Shown here: piece by piece, positions 9,148 through 19,591 of the stretch | How the letters are laid out: each line of letters starts with the position of its first letter | Numbering within the stretch: position 1 is the first letter of the stretch | NCBI GenBank assembly: GCA_021155885.1 | Contig: JAJNBB010000005.1 | Coordinates: 1 to 61,177 of the forward strand | Length of the DNA stretch: 61,177 nt | Reading direction: 5' to 3' | Source: Fibrobacteria bacterium | GTDB lineage: Bacteria; Fibrobacterota; Fibrobacteria; UBA11236 | The notes under the pieces: generated by a model | The model's input: only the letters and a program-made list of their open reading frames with translations | What the model was told of the DNA's origin: nothing | Databases searched by the model: none | Made by a program: the position numbers and the translations under genes

Positions 9148-10026
9148 TTAAGCCGTCACTCCCAGGGCCTTCATCATCCCGGGGAGATGCTGGGTGAGCC
9201 ATTCCTCGTACCCGCGCGGCTTGCGTCCCAGCAACTGCTCAGCCGTGCGCGTCCTGTGGAAAAACCCCGTGGCGATCCGGTCGAAGGCGCTGGTCATGAT
9301 CGAGGCGTACTCCGGGGGCGCCCCGTTTTCGACGAGGGCGCGCCGAAGCGCGTTGGTGTCGCCCTGGAAGAGCGTGATCTCGCGGTCGAGGTGCTTCGAA
9401 AGCATCTGGGCCAACTGTGCCGCCGTGAAGGAGTCCCCCGAGGTCAGGTCGTAGCGGCGTCCCGCATGGCCTTCCTCCATCAACGCCTTGAAGGCCACCG
9501 CGGCGACATCGGAGGGGTCGATCACGGTGATGGCGCCCTCTCCACCCCCCTCGATCAGAACGCCGCTCTGGAAGACGGAGGGCCACACCATGGGCGTAAA
9601 GTTCATGAAGCGGGTGGGTCGCAGAACGGTCCACTCGACCCCCATGGAGGCGACGAGATTTTCGTGCTTGCCGTGAACGTGGAAGTGAGCGTCGTGATCG
9701 CCTTCCGCCGCGCCGTAATTGGAGAGGTAGACGATGCGCTTCACCCCCGCCTTCATCGCCGCGTCGAATGCATTGCGTTCCAGCGTCTCCGTCGTCTGGA
9801 TCGGGGGAGAGAGAATGAAGGCGCGTTCGACTCCCTGGAACGCCTGCGTCAGGGTTTCGGGCCGGGCGAGATCGCCGAGTACGGGCTCCGCCAGCGCGGG
9901 GAGGCCCTTCGCCTTTTCGAGGCTGCGCACGAGCGCGCGAAAGGAGATGCCGGCCGCGTCGAGCAAGTTGACGAGCTCGGAACCCACGTTTCCCGTGGGT
10001 CCGATGATGAGAATATTCGAGGACAT
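9148..10026 (-). CDS. NmrA-like / atypical SDR NAD(P)H-binding protein
   Basis: IGPTGNVG, LRPTRFM, IDPSDVA; AGGA RBS. Confidence 0.85.
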   Translation of the reverse strand: MSSNILIIGPTGNVGSELVNLLDAAGISFRALVRSLEKAKGLPALAEPVLGDLARPETLTQAFQGVERAFILSPPIQTTETLERNAFDAAMKAGVKRIVYLSNYGAAEGDHDAHFHVHGKHENLVASMGVEWTVLRPTRFMNFTPMVWPSVFQSGVLIEGGGEGAITVIDPSDVAAVAFKALMEEGHAGRRYDLTSGDSFTAAQLAQMLSKHLDREITLFQGDTNALRRALVENGAPPEYASIMTSAFDRIATGFFHRTRTAEQLLGRKPRGYEEWLTQHLPGMMKALGVTA

Positions 10027-10054
10027 GGTTCTTTCCTTTTGTTCGGGGTTTCGG

Positions 10055-10804
10055 TTAAAACGCGGTGGCCATGCCGCCATCGACGTCGACGACGGTTCCA
10101 TTGACGAAGCGGGCCGCGGGAGAAGCGAGGAAGGCGGCGACCTCGGCGACCTCCTCCGGGGTCCCCATGCGGCCGACCGGGATTTTCTGGGGCATCAGGG
10201 CGCGAAACCCCGCGCCCACCTCCTCCGGCAGACCGAGCTTCGCGAAGGCGGGCGTGTCGATGGGGCCGGGCTTGATCGCGTTGACTCGGATGCCCTTCGG
10301 CGCCAGTTCGGCGGCCAGCGGCGGAACGAGCGCCGCGGTGGCTCCCTTGGAAGCGGTCGCGACGGCGTAGTTGGGAGCGCCCTTAGCGATCCCGACGGCC
10401 GTCGTCAGCAAGACGGAGCCCCCGTTCGGGATCAGCGGCAGGACCTTTTGCAACGTGAAAAGCGCACCCTTGACGTTGACGCCGAAGATTTCATCGAAGA
10501 AGGCCTCGTCGAGGGCTTCGAGCGGCGCCATGCGGGAGACGCCGGCGTTCAGGTAGACGAAGTCGACCCGTCCGAAACGTTGCTTGAGTTCGTCCGCCAC
10601 GCGCGCCGCGTCTTCCGGCGAGCGGGCGTCGGCGGGAAGCACGACCACGCCGGAAGGAAGGGTGTTGCGCGCTTTCTCCAGGGTATCGGGATCGCGGCCT
10701 GTCACCAGGACGTTCCAGCCGCGCGCGTGCAGAAGCTTTGCCGTGGCGTGGCCGATGCCGGTGGTGCCGCCGGTGATGAGGGCGACGGGAGAATTCGTTG
10801 TCAT
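10055..10804 (-). CDS. SDR oxidoreductase with non-classical active site (PNYAVATASK)
   Basis: TGGTTGIG, NAG, PGPIDT; paralogue of 8302..9057. Confidence 0.88.
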   Translation of the reverse strand: MTTNSPVALITGGTTGIGHATAKLLHARGWNVLVTGRDPDTLEKARNTLPSGVVVLPADARSPEDAARVADELKQRFGRVDFVYLNAGVSRMAPLEALDEAFFDEIFGVNVKGALFTLQKVLPLIPNGGSVLLTTAVGIAKGAPNYAVATASKGATAALVPPLAAELAPKGIRVNAIKPGPIDTPAFAKLGLPEEVGAGFRALMPQKIPVGRMGTPEEVAEVAAFLASPAARFVNGTVVDVDGGMATAF

Positions 10805-10840
10805 GAGGATTCGCTTTCCGGCCCGATAGGCCTATTTAAA

Positions 10841-10901
10841 TAGTGAACGCTAAATAAATATCCCCGGCAATGGTCCGTCAAGGTTTTTTTAGCTTTCAGT
10901 A
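10841..10901. promoter_or_regulatory. Two putative TetR operators in the divergent promoter
   Basis: TAGTGAACGCTA (10841-10852); TAGCTTTCAGTA (10890-10901) matches the reverse complement of the first at 10/12; AT-rich; minus-strand TTGACG at 10876-10881. Confidence 0.5.
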
Positions 10902-10905
10902 AAGA

Positions 10906-11580
10906 ATGCCCGTGAAAACGTCCCAAAACGAATCAGCTTCGCCCCGCCGCGGCCGGCCGCGGGCCTTCGACCGCGATGCCGCCCTGCGCAGCGCCGTCAG
11001 GCTGTTCTGGGAGAAGGGCTATGACGGAACGTCGCTGCAGGATCTGCAGGCGGCGATGGAAGGCATCAAGGCCCCCAGTTTTTACGCGGCCTTCGGGTCG
11101 AAGGAAAAACTGTTCCGCGAGGCCGTGGAACAGTACTATCGCGAGCGCGGGAACCGCACGCGCCTCGCGCTTGAAACCGCGCCGACGGCGCGCGCCGCCT
11201 TCGAAGCCCTGCTGCGGGAGGCGGTGGAAACCTTCAGCGAACCCGACACGCCGCACGGATGCCTGATTATGTCGGGAACGCAAATTTGCAGCAGCGCGGG
11301 CGCGCGTGAACGCCTGGACCGCTTGCGCCGCAATACGACCTCCATACTGCGAAAGCGCCTGGAGCGCGGGGTGGAAAGCGGAGAACTTTCCGACGGTGCG
11401 GACCTGGATGCGGTTGCGGCCTTCTACTTCACCTTCCTGCAGGGGCTAGCGCACCGCGCTCGCGACGGCGCGTCGCGAAAGGAACTGGAAGCGGCGGTGT
11501 CGGGCGCGCTGGCGGCCTGGGATCCCCTAGTCTCTAGCCGGCCGACCAAACCGCCAGTTCGTACCCGTCGGGATCGGTGA
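10906..11580 (+). CDS. TetR/AcrR family transcriptional regulator
   Basis: RGRPRAFD, FWEKGYDGTS, SFYAAFGSKEKLF; divergent from the SDR genes. Confidence 0.92.
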   Translation: MPVKTSQNESASPRRGRPRAFDRDAALRSAVRLFWEKGYDGTSLQDLQAAMEGIKAPSFYAAFGSKEKLFREAVEQYYRERGNRTRLALETAPTARAAFEALLREAVETFSEPDTPHGCLIMSGTQICSSAGARERLDRLRRNTTSILRKRLERGVESGELSDGADLDAVAAFYFTFLQGLAHRARDGASRKELEAAVSGALAAWDPLVSSRPTKPPVRTRRDR

Positions 11581-11872
11581 AGTGGAATCGCCGTCCTCCG
11601 GGGAATGAGAAGATCGCCTTGACGATCGGAGCGCCGAGGCCTTCCAGCCGTTTCTGCGTCCCCTCCAGGTCATCGGCGTAGAGGATCACCAGCGGCCCGC
11701 CGGGCCGCACCGCGCCCAACGTGGTGAAGCCCCCGGTGATGCGGCCATCATTGAACTCGCAGTATTCCGGTCCGAAGTCCGTGAAACTCCAGCCGAACGC
11801 CTCCCCATAAAACTTCTTCGCGCGTTCGATGTCCTTGACGTTGAATTCGATGTTGTCGATGCGGCGATCCAT
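11534..11872 (-). CDS. VOC/glyoxalase family protein
   Basis: IDNIEF, KKFYGEAFGW, FHFTDPDGYEL; alternative start 11887; 47-bp convergent overlap with TetR. Confidence 0.88.
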   Translation of the reverse strand: MDRRIDNIEFNVKDIERAKKFYGEAFGWSFTDFGPEYCEFNDGRITGGFTTLGAVRPGGPLVILYADDLEGTQKRLEGLGAPIVKAIFSFPGGRRFHFTDPDGYELAVWSAG

Positions 11873-12132
11873 GGCTTTGGCTCCCATATGCGTCCCCCGA
11901 AAGTGATGCCTTAAAGTTATCCCGTTTCATCCGATTTCACAGTTGTCCGCGGAAATCCGGAAAATCCATAACTTTCGAAATGGCATGGCCCTTGCGTTTC
12001 CGGATTCCATGAACAGGGCCTCGGAACGCTATCATAATTATGATATTTTGATGATACCCTTTCCCGGAGGTTCTTATGGCCCGTCCGCGTTCCCGTCATT
12101 CACATCGCGTCATCCCCCATCCTCTCGTGCCC

Positions 12133-12438
12133 ATGCAAATCCGTCCCATATCCGACTTGCGCAACAAATCGCAGGAGATTTCCGAGTTGGCCCAAAAGTC
12201 GAACCTGCCCGTCTTCATCACCAAAAATGGCCGGGAGGACATGGTCGTGCTTTCGATGGCAGCCTGGGAGGACCTATATGTGTACCCGCTGCTTCTCGAA
12301 GCCGAGCTCGACGAAGCCATGGGGGACAAGGGGCGTCCGGTCGAAGAGGTGATGAATGACTTCGACCGAAGGTTCGGGTTCGGAAAGTACGAAAGGAAGA
12401 CTCCGCCTCCGGCGGCGCGCAGAGCTCCACGTAAATAG
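12133..12438 (+). CDS. Phd/YefM family antitoxin
   Basis: IRPISDLRN...PVFITKNGREDMVVLS. Confidence 0.88.
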   Translation: MQIRPISDLRNKSQEISELAQKSNLPVFITKNGREDMVVLSMAAWEDLYVYPLLLEAELDEAMGDKGRPVEEVMNDFDRRFGFGKYERKTPPPAARRAPRK

Positions 12439-12685
12439 AATAGGGGCTTATCTGGAGGGGCGCCGTCCTGCGGCCGCGGCTCATTTTCGGCAAAGATTTC
12501 TGGACTCTTGCGATCTATTGGTACGAATGCCTTTGCTGGGGCGGCCCGCGCATTCACAAGGCCTCCTGCGCAAGGGGTACCGATGCTTTGTCATGGACGA
12601 TCATGTCCTGTATTACAAGGTTCAGGGAAACGATGTGATTGTGTACGGCATCGTACACGGCCGCCAACGCCCGCCGGATGAGTAA
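12356..12685 (+). CDS. RelE/ParE family toxin
   Basis: MPLLGR, YRCFVMDDHVLYYKV, VYGIVHGRQ; GAGGT RBS; follows the antitoxin. Confidence 0.8.
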   Translation: MTSTEGSGSESTKGRLRLRRRAELHVNRIGAYLEGRRPAAAAHFRQRFLDSCDLLVRMPLLGRPAHSQGLLRKGYRCFVMDDHVLYYKVQGNDVIVYGIVHGRQRPPDE

Positions 12686-12814
12686 CGGGCGCGGAGCAGG
12701 GTAAAGGCGTCCGGCATGGCGCCCGGGAAGCGGCGCCGGCGACCTGCGGAACCTGCGACCCGGGCGCCCAAAAGCCGTTTTCGACCCTTCCCTCTGTTCC
12801 TACCTTTCCACCCC

Positions 12815-13916
12815 ATGGAATCGATCAAGAAACTGCAGGACAGGGTCCTCAAGCTACGGGGGTATCTTTGACATCCCGGGCAAGGAAGAAGAACTCGCGC
12901 TTTTAGAACGTCAGGCCCAGGCCCAGGAATTCTGGGAGGACGCGGTCAAGGCCCAGAAGGTCCAGAAGCAGATCAAGGGCCTGAAGGACTGGATCGAGGG
13001 GTGGGCGTCGGTCCACCGCGAGGTCGAGGACGCCGCCGGGCTGGCCGAGATGGCCGCCGAGGAGAAGGACGAGGCGATGCTCGCCGAGATCGAGGCCTCC
13101 GCCGCGGCGCTGGACCAGCGTCTCACCGACATCGAACTGAAGAAAATGCTGAGCGGCGAGGACGACGCGCGTCCGGCCATTTTGTCGATCACCTCCGGCG
13201 CCGGCGGCACCGAGAGCCAGGACTGGACCCGCATGCTGTACGAGATGTACACGCGCTGGATGGTGAAGCGCGGGTTCAAGTACGAGGTGCTCGACCTGCA
13301 GGAGGGCGAAGAGGCCGGCATCAAGGGCGTGACTCTGGAAGTCCACGGCGAGTTCGCCTACGGGTACCTGAAGGCCGAGAACGGCGTGCACCGCCTGGTG
13401 CGCATCTCGCCCTTCGACGCGAACGCGCGGCGCCACACGTCCTTTTCCTCGGTCCACGTGTACCCGGAGCTCGAGGATATCGAGTTCGACATCGACGAGA
13501 AGGACATCAAGGTCGACACCTTCCGCGCCGGCGGCGCGGGCGGGCAGCACATCAACAAAACCGACTCCGCCGTGCGCATGACCCATATTCCGACCGGCAT
13601 CGTGGTGGCCTGCCAGGGCGAGCGCAGCCAGCACAAGAACCGCGCCAGCGCCATGAAGCTGCTGACCTCCCGCGTCTACCAGCACATCAAGGAGGAAGAG
13701 GAGGCCAAGCGCGACTCGAAGAAGGCCTCGAAGCTCAAGATCGAGTGGGGCAGCCAGATCCGTTCCTACGTGCTGCAGCCCTACAAGCTGGTCAAGGACG
13801 TGCGCACCGACTTCGAGACCTCCGACGCCGAGGGCGTGCTAGGCGGCAACCTCGACGGGTTCATCAATGCGTATTTGCTGGCCCTGGACGCGGAGAATCA
13901 GGAGAACAAGGGATAG
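12815..13916 (+). CDS. prfB: Peptide chain release factor 2 (+1 programmed frameshift at 12866-12872)
   Basis: ATG 12815 reads to CTT TGA; the +1 frame (GAC at 12870) is the 13050..13916 frame with SPF and GGQ; GGGGG SD-like run before the slip site. Confidence 0.96.
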
Positions 13917-13959
13917 TGATTGGGACAGGTTGCTAAGCCTTCCTGGTCCGTTCCCTGTC

Positions 13960-14079
13960 GTTGTTGGTTGTTGGTTGTTGGCGAACGCGTCCGGTGGGGG
14001 TTTTTCCATTTTGGGCGCTGAAAGCCGGGTTTTTTGATTTTTTGCCTTTTCTGACAACCGACAACCAACAACCAACAAC
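13960..14079. repeat. Heptamer inverted-arm element between prfB and lysS
   Basis: GTTGTTG x3, ~70-nt T-rich spacer, YRACAAC x4. Confidence 0.85.
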
Positions 14080-14106
14080 TCCCCTTTTCTAACTTCCCCC
14101 GAATCC

Positions 14107-15606
14107 ATGCTTGAAATGAACGACCAGGTCGAGGCACGCCTCGAAACGCTGCGCCAATTGCGCGAAAAGGGAATCAATCCCTATCCTTACCGCTTTCCCC
14201 TGACGCACGATAGCGCCGCGCTGAAGGCGAACCAGGAGGCCCTGCTGGCCTCGGGCGAGACGGTGGCCTACGCGGGCCGCGTGATCCGCTATAACCTCAA
14301 GGGGAAGATCGCCTTCATCCATCTTAAGGACGGCTTCGGCCGCCTGCAGGCGATGATCCAGAAGGACGGCGTGGGCGAAGAAGGCTTCGAGCTCGTGAAG
14401 TCCATCGACATCGGCGACTGGGTGGGGGTGAAGGGCCCCGCGATCCTCACCAAGACCGGCGAGTTCAGCGTGCAGGCGAAGGAAGTCGAACTGCTGTCGA
14501 AGGCCGTGCGGCCGCTGCCGATCCCGAAGGAAAAGACCGACGAGCAGGGCAACAAGGTGATCTTCGACGAGTTCAAGGACGTCGAGACGCGGTATCGCCA
14601 GCGTTACGTCGACCTGGCCCTGAACGACTCCGTGCGCGCGACCTTCCTGAAGCGCTCCCGCATTTTGCAGGCGATCCGCGAATACCTGCTGACGCGCGGC
14701 TACCTCGAGGTCGAGACGCCCGTGCTGCAGGCCATTTACGGCGGCGCGAACGCGCGCCCCTTTTCGACGCACCATAACGCGCTCGATATCCCGCTTTTTC
14801 TGCGCGTGTCGAACGAGCTGTACCTCAAGCGCCTCATCGTGGGCGGTTTCCCGAAGGTGTTCGAGTTCGCGAAGGATTTCCGCAACGAGGGGATCGACCG
14901 CACCCACAACCCCGAGTTCACCTTGCTGGAGTTCTACGAGGCCTGGTCCGACTATAACGACATGATGACCCACTTCGAGAACCTGTACGCGACGGCGTGC
15001 GTCGCCGCCAACGGGTCGCCGAAGTTCACCTTCCAGGGCAAGGAGTTCGACCTGACTCCGCCGTGGCCGCGCATGACGGTCAAGGAAGCCCTGAAGAAGA
15101 TGGCCGGGATCGACGTAGACGCCCTGTCGGACGACCAGCTGAAGGCCGAGTGCGAGAAGCGCCAAGTCGAACTCAAGGGCAAGCTGTGGCTGCGCGGGCT
15201 CGCGATCAAGGGCCTGTTCGAGACCTGCTGCGAGCCGCACCTGGACGGGCCTGTGTTCATCACCGACCACCCGCGCGAGAGCACGCCGCTGTGCAAGGTG
15301 CACCGCGACGATCCGGCCCTGGTGGAGCAGTTCGAGCCGTATATCAACGGCTGGGAAGTCGGCAACGCCTACTCCGAGCTGAACGATCCGATCGCCCAGC
15401 GCCGGCTGCTCGAGGAGCAGGTGGAGCGCGGCCGCGGCGGCGAGGACGAGACCCATCCGCTCGACGAGGACTTCCTCCGCGCGCTGGAATACGGCATGCC
15501 GCCCACGGGCGGCGTGGGCATCGGCATCGACCGCATGATCATGCTGCTGACGGACAGCCCCACGATCAAGGACGTGCTGTTGTTTCCGTTGATGCGCCCC
15601 GAATGA
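14107..15606 (+). CDS. lysS: Lysine--tRNA ligase (class II)
   Basis: [37 protein letters not shown]. Confidence 0.97.
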   Translation: MLEMNDQVEARLETLRQLREKGINPYPYRFPLTHDSAALKANQEALLASGETVAYAGRVIRYNLKGKIAFIHLKDGFGRLQAMIQKDGVGEEGFELVKSIDIGDWVGVKGPAILTKTGEFSVQAKEVELLSKAVRPLPIPKEKTDEQGNKVIFDEFKDVETRYRQRYVDLALNDSVRATFLKRSRILQAIREYLLTRGYLEVETPVLQAIYGGANARPFSTHHNALDIPLFLRVSNELYLKRLIVGGFPKVFEFAKDFRNEGIDRTHNPEFTLLEFYEAWSDYNDMMTHFENLYATACVAANGSPKFTFQGKEFDLTPPWPRMTVKEALKKMAGIDVDALSDDQLKAECEKRQVELKGKLWLRGLAIKGLFETCCEPHLDGPVFITDHPRESTPLCKVHRDDPALVEQFEPYINGWEVGNAYSELNDPIAQRRLLEEQVERGRGGEDETHPLDEDFLRALEYGMPPTGGVGIGIDRMIMLLTDSPTIKDVLLFPLMRPE

Positions 15607-15626
15607 ATCACCGATTTATTCGGGGC

Positions 15627-15654
15627 GTAGGGGCAAATAATTATTTGCCCCTAC
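15627..15654. repeat. GTAG-type REP-like perfect 28-bp palindrome
   Basis: GTAGGGGCAAATAA|TTATTTGCCCCTAC. Confidence 0.8.
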
Positions 15655-15752
15655 ATCGGGCGCTGCCCGTTTCATCAACGGAAACATCTGGTCCCCGGAG
15701 GTCGATATTTGGAATTTGTGTCCCTGTTCGTTTTACCCATAACGGAGGTTCC

Positions 15753-16772
15753 GTGAAATTCCTTTCCGCCCTGGGCCTGACGGCCCTCTCGCTCGCCGCC
15801 GCCGTCGCGGCGGCTCCCGCCGCCAAGGACAAGCCCGCGGCCCTCGGTCCCGGCCTTTACGCCAACATTTACACCTCCAAGGGCCTGATCGTAGGCAAGC
15901 TGGAGTTCGAGAAGGTTCCCCTGACCGTGGCCAACTTCGTGGGACTGGCGGAAGGAACCCGCACGCACAACCGCGCGGGCGCGAAGCGTTTCTACGACGG
16001 CCTCGTTTTTCACCGCGTGATCCCGAGCTTCATGATCCAGGGCGGCGACCCGGCGGGCAACGGCACCGGCGGCCCCGGCTATCAGTTCCAGGATGAGTTC
16101 GACGCCTCGCTGAAGCACGACAAGCCCGGAATTTTCTCCATGGCGAACTCGGGGCCGGCCACGAACGGCAGCCAGTTCTTCATCACCCACGTGCCCACGC
16201 CCTGGCTCGACGGCAAGCACAGCGTGTTCGGCGCGGTGGTTCGCGGCCAGAGCGTGGTGGACGCCGTCCAGGGCGGCGACAAGATCGACTCCATCCGCAT
16301 CGTGCGCGTGGGGGACAAGGCCAGGGCCTTCCAGGGCTCGGACGCCCGCTTCAACGCCATCATCAAGGAGAAAAAAATGCAGGAAGAGAACAAGAACAAG
16401 GCCGCGGCGGAGAAGCTGGCGGCGATGACCCAGGGCGCCGTGACGACCGCGTCGGGCCTGAAGTACATCGTGCGCAAGGAAGGCGCGGGCCCGAAGCCGG
16501 CGAAGGGAGCCGCGATCAAGGCGCATTACACGGGAACCTTGGTGGACGGGACGAAGTTCGATTCGTCGCGCGACCGCGGGTCGCCGCTGGAGTTCACCGT
16601 GGGCGTGGGCCAGGTGATCAAGGGCTGGGACGAGGCGCTCCTGGACATGCGCAAGGGCGAACAGCGCACGCTGATCATTCCCCCCGAGCTCGGGTACGGC
16701 GCGCGCGGCGCGGGCGGCGTGATCCCGCCGAACGCGACGCTGATCTTCGACGTCGAGCTGGTGGACTTCTAA
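15753..16772 (+). CDS. Secreted peptidyl-prolyl isomerase, cyclophilin-FKBP fusion
   Basis: GTG start after GGAGG; signal peptide; FHRVI/QGGD/SMAN/GSQFFI, then HYTG/FDSS/VIKGW/LGYG. Confidence 0.92.
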   Translation: MKFLSALGLTALSLAAAVAAAPAAKDKPAALGPGLYANIYTSKGLIVGKLEFEKVPLTVANFVGLAEGTRTHNRAGAKRFYDGLVFHRVIPSFMIQGGDPAGNGTGGPGYQFQDEFDASLKHDKPGIFSMANSGPATNGSQFFITHVPTPWLDGKHSVFGAVVRGQSVVDAVQGGDKIDSIRIVRVGDKARAFQGSDARFNAIIKEKKMQEENKNKAAAEKLAAMTQGAVTTASGLKYIVRKEGAGPKPAKGAAIKAHYTGTLVDGTKFDSSRDRGSPLEFTVGVGQVIKGWDEALLDMRKGEQRTLIIPPELGYGARGAGGVIPPNATLIFDVELVDF

Positions 16773-16775
16773 CGC

Positions 16776-17288
16776 ATGAAGCGCGCCTTGCCGGGGATCG
16801 TCGCGGGGCTTGCGCTATTTCTGGCGGCGGGGGTTTCGGCCTTCGCTGCCGGTAAGAAGTCCGCGCCTCCTCCCCTGGCGGCTCCGGCGCCGGAATCCCG
16901 GCCCGACACGGCCGCGCCGACGGCCCTCCCGCCCTTCAAGGAACTGGAAGCGCGCGCTCGCCATACGTTCTCGGGATTGCGTTTCGTGGTCCTGCGCGAG
17001 GGCAAAGGCCCGAAACCCGCGAAGGGCGACCTGCTGAGCGTGCATTACACCGGCACGCTGACCGATGGCACGCGGTTCGATTCTTCCCGGGACCGGGGGG
17101 ATCCGTTTCAATTCAATGTCGGCATGGGCCAGGTGATCAAGGGCTGGGACGAAGCCCTGCTGGACATGCGCCGGGGCGAACGGCGGGCCCTGATTCTTCC
17201 TCCCGAACTGGGCTACGGGGCCCGGGGTTCGGGCCTGATTCCTCCCCAGGCGACCTTGGTCTTCGACGTTGAATTGCTGGATTTCTAA
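16776..17288 (+). CDS. Secreted FKBP-type peptidyl-prolyl isomerase
   Basis: [27 protein letters not shown]. Confidence 0.92.
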   Translation: MKRALPGIVAGLALFLAAGVSAFAAGKKSAPPPLAAPAPESRPDTAAPTALPPFKELEARARHTFSGLRFVVLREGKGPKPAKGDLLSVHYTGTLTDGTRFDSSRDRGDPFQFNVGMGQVIKGWDEALLDMRRGERRALILPPELGYGARGSGLIPPQATLVFDVELLDF

Positions 17289-17291
17289 GAT

Positions 17292-18581
17292 ATGCCTATG
17301 CAAGCCATTCGGATTCTAGCGGCATTATGCGTCTCCTGGGCCTCGGCGGCCCAAGCCCAACCGGAGATGCGGGACGTTCTCACGGGCAACTCCTCCAGCC
17401 TGAACCTTGCCGCGTTCGCCGCTCCCGGCGCCCGCACCGCGGGCGGCGGCTGGCTCGACGAGGGCGCTTCTTCCCCGCGCGCTTCGGAGCCGCGGCGCGC
17501 GCCGGCCGGGTCGAAGGTCACGCGTTCCGCCTACCTGGGGTATCAAACGGCCCTGTCCACTTATGTCTACGGCGTCGGCCTGCCGCTCGGCCTCGGGGTC
17601 GACGAGCCGCGCATCCTGATCGCCACGCCCCTGATAGCGGCGCCCCTGCTCTTCGGCGCGCACCTGGCCGCCTCCAGCAAGCTCGACATCACCGAATCCC
17701 ATCTCAAGGCCTCGATGTACGTGCCCACGGCGGCCGTGTACTCGGCCACGGCCCTCTCACTGGCCTTCACTCCCGACGCGGGCAACGGCTACCGCATCGG
17801 CTCCCTGATCGGGGCCGGAGCCTATCCCCTCGGCCTCTGGTACGCCCATCATCTCGGGGACGAGTACCGCTCCGACCCGAGCCAGCTCGACGCCAAGATG
17901 TTCTTCGCCCTGTTCTACGGGTTCATGGGGCTGGTTACGCCGGTGCTGTATTTCGAGCATCCCGGCCAGCACACCCGGGACATCATGCGCATCGGGCTCG
18001 GGCAAAGCGTGGGCATGGCGGCGGTCGGGCACGTGGTGGCCGATTATTATGCGCCCAACGGAGCCACCTCCGGGACGCAGCTGGGCATGATAACGCACGC
18101 GGCCTTGGGCGGCCTGACGGGCATCGCCGTGGCGTCCTTCGCCGATGCCTCGGTGTCGGTTCGCCCCTGGCTCGGATCGGCCCTCGTGGGAACCACCTTG
18201 GGTTTCACGGAGGGCGTGTTTTTCTTCCGCAACAGCCGCGACAGCCAGGAGCGCGCGCAGTATGCCGCGCTGGGCGCCGCGGGAGGCATGACAATGGGCC
18301 TGGGGCTGCAAATCCTGTTCTACGACAAGGATGCCAGCGCCTATGCGCGCAAGGCCTCGTGGGCCGGCTTCCTCGTCGGAGGCGCCTTGGTGGGCTACGC
18401 TTCCACCTATGCGCTGACTGGACACCTCGTGGAGAACGCCTCGGTTCCGCGCCGTGACGGCGACGGCGCCCACGAGCCCCCCCGCTGGTCGTTCAACCCG
18501 CTGCCCGAACCTGAAATCGTGATGTCGCGCGGGGAGCCCTCCAAACGTTGGAAGGTGCCGGGAGTGACTTATAGGTTTTAG
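17292..18581 (+). CDS. Hypothetical Gly/Ala-rich multi-helix envelope protein ending in GVTYRF
   Basis: Signal peptide, many hydrophobic GxxxG-type segments, terminal Phe. Confidence 0.7.
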   Translation: MPMQAIRILAALCVSWASAAQAQPEMRDVLTGNSSSLNLAAFAAPGARTAGGGWLDEGASSPRASEPRRAPAGSKVTRSAYLGYQTALSTYVYGVGLPLGLGVDEPRILIATPLIAAPLLFGAHLAASSKLDITESHLKASMYVPTAAVYSATALSLAFTPDAGNGYRIGSLIGAGAYPLGLWYAHHLGDEYRSDPSQLDAKMFFALFYGFMGLVTPVLYFEHPGQHTRDIMRIGLGQSVGMAAVGHVVADYYAPNGATSGTQLGMITHAALGGLTGIAVASFADASVSVRPWLGSALVGTTLGFTEGVFFFRNSRDSQERAQYAALGAAGGMTMGLGLQILFYDKDASAYARKASWAGFLVGGALVGYASTYALTGHLVENASVPRRDGDGAHEPPRWSFNPLPEPEIVMSRGEPSKRWKVPGVTYRF

Positions 18582-18594
18582 GCCAAAGGCTTTT

Positions 18595-18683
18595 AGCGAA
18601 CAGCTTACAGCGGACAGCCAACGCCAAAATTCGAGTAATTTGGCCGCTTGCTGTCCGCTGTAAGCTATAAGCTGTCCGCTTAA
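18595..18683. repeat. Heptamer inverted-arm element, AGCNNAC / GCTRTNN variant
   Basis: AGCGAAC AGCTTAC AGCGGAC AGCCAAC ... GCTGTCC GCTGTAA GCTATAA GCTGTCC. Confidence 0.8.
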
Positions 18684-18751
18684 CTTCCTATCTTTTTCAT
18701 CCCGCTTCTTTCCCGCCTTTTACGGGAAGATCAACCCGCGGAACGCACCCC

Positions 18752-19591
18752 ATGACGCCATCCAATCCGGAACCTTCCCCCTCCAAGAAGCCCCTCGTTT
18801 CCATTGCCGACGTGCAGGGCTACGACGACACCCGCCGCATCGACATCGACAAGGTGGGCATCAAGGACATCAAGCACCCCGTGCGGGTGCAGGACCGGAG
18901 CGGCGGCGAGCAGCACACGGTGGCGACCTTCAGCATGCTCGTGTACCTGCCCCATAACTTCAAGGGCACGCACATGAGCCGGTTCGTGGAGATCCTGAAC
19001 CGCCGCGAGAAGGAAATCACGGTCGAGACCTTCCAGCACATGCTGCCCGAAATGACCAAGCGCCTCAACAGCGAGGCGGGCGTGCTCGAGATGCGGTTCC
19101 CGTACTTCGTCAACAAGCGGGCGCCGGTTTCGAAGGTCGAAAGCCTGATGGACTACGACGTGACCTTCATCGGCGAGCACCGCCGGGGCGTCACCGAAAT
19201 GACCCTCAAGGTCGTGGTGCCCGTGACTTCGCTGTGCCCGTGCTCCAAGGAGATTTCGGATTACGGAGCGCACAACCAGCGGTCGCACATCACCGTGACG
19301 GCGCTGCTGGCGCAGGCGCCGGCGTTCGTGTGGATCGAGGACATCATCGACCTGGTCGAGTCCGTCGCCTCGTGCGAGCTGTGGGCGCTGCTCAAGCGCC
19401 CCGACGAAAAATGGGTCACCGAGCGCGCTTACGAAAACCCCAAGTTCGTCGAGGACATGGTCCGCGACGCGGCCCACCTGCTCAACCAGGACGAGCGCAT
19501 CGTCAAATACACCATCGAGTCCGAGAACTTCGAGTCCATCCACAATCACAGCGCGTACGCCCTGATCGAGAAGGACAAGCGGGCGAAGTAG
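18752..19591 (+). CDS. folE2: GTP cyclohydrolase type IB
   Basis: [40 protein letters not shown]. Confidence 0.95.
   Translation: MTPSNPEPSPSKKPLVSIADVQGYDDTRRIDIDKVGIKDIKHPVRVQDRSGGEQHTVATFSMLVYLPHNFKGTHMSRFVEILNRREKEITVETFQHMLPEMTKRLNSEAGVLEMRFPYFVNKRAPVSKVESLMDYDVTFIGEHRRGVTEMTLKVVVPVTSLCPCSKEISDYGAHNQRSHITVTALLAQAPAFVWIEDIIDLVESVASCELWALLKRPDEKWVTERAYENPKFVEDMVRDAAHLLNQDERIVKYTIESENFESIHNHSAYALIEKDKRAK

Noticed and set aside
8302-12685. Genomic island or mobile element around the SDR/TetR/VOC/TA genes
   Set aside because: Accessory-looking, but no integrase, transposase, tRNA or flanking direct repeats seen
13050-13916. Truncated or pseudogene prfB
   Set aside because: Explained by the canonical CTT TGA C frameshift
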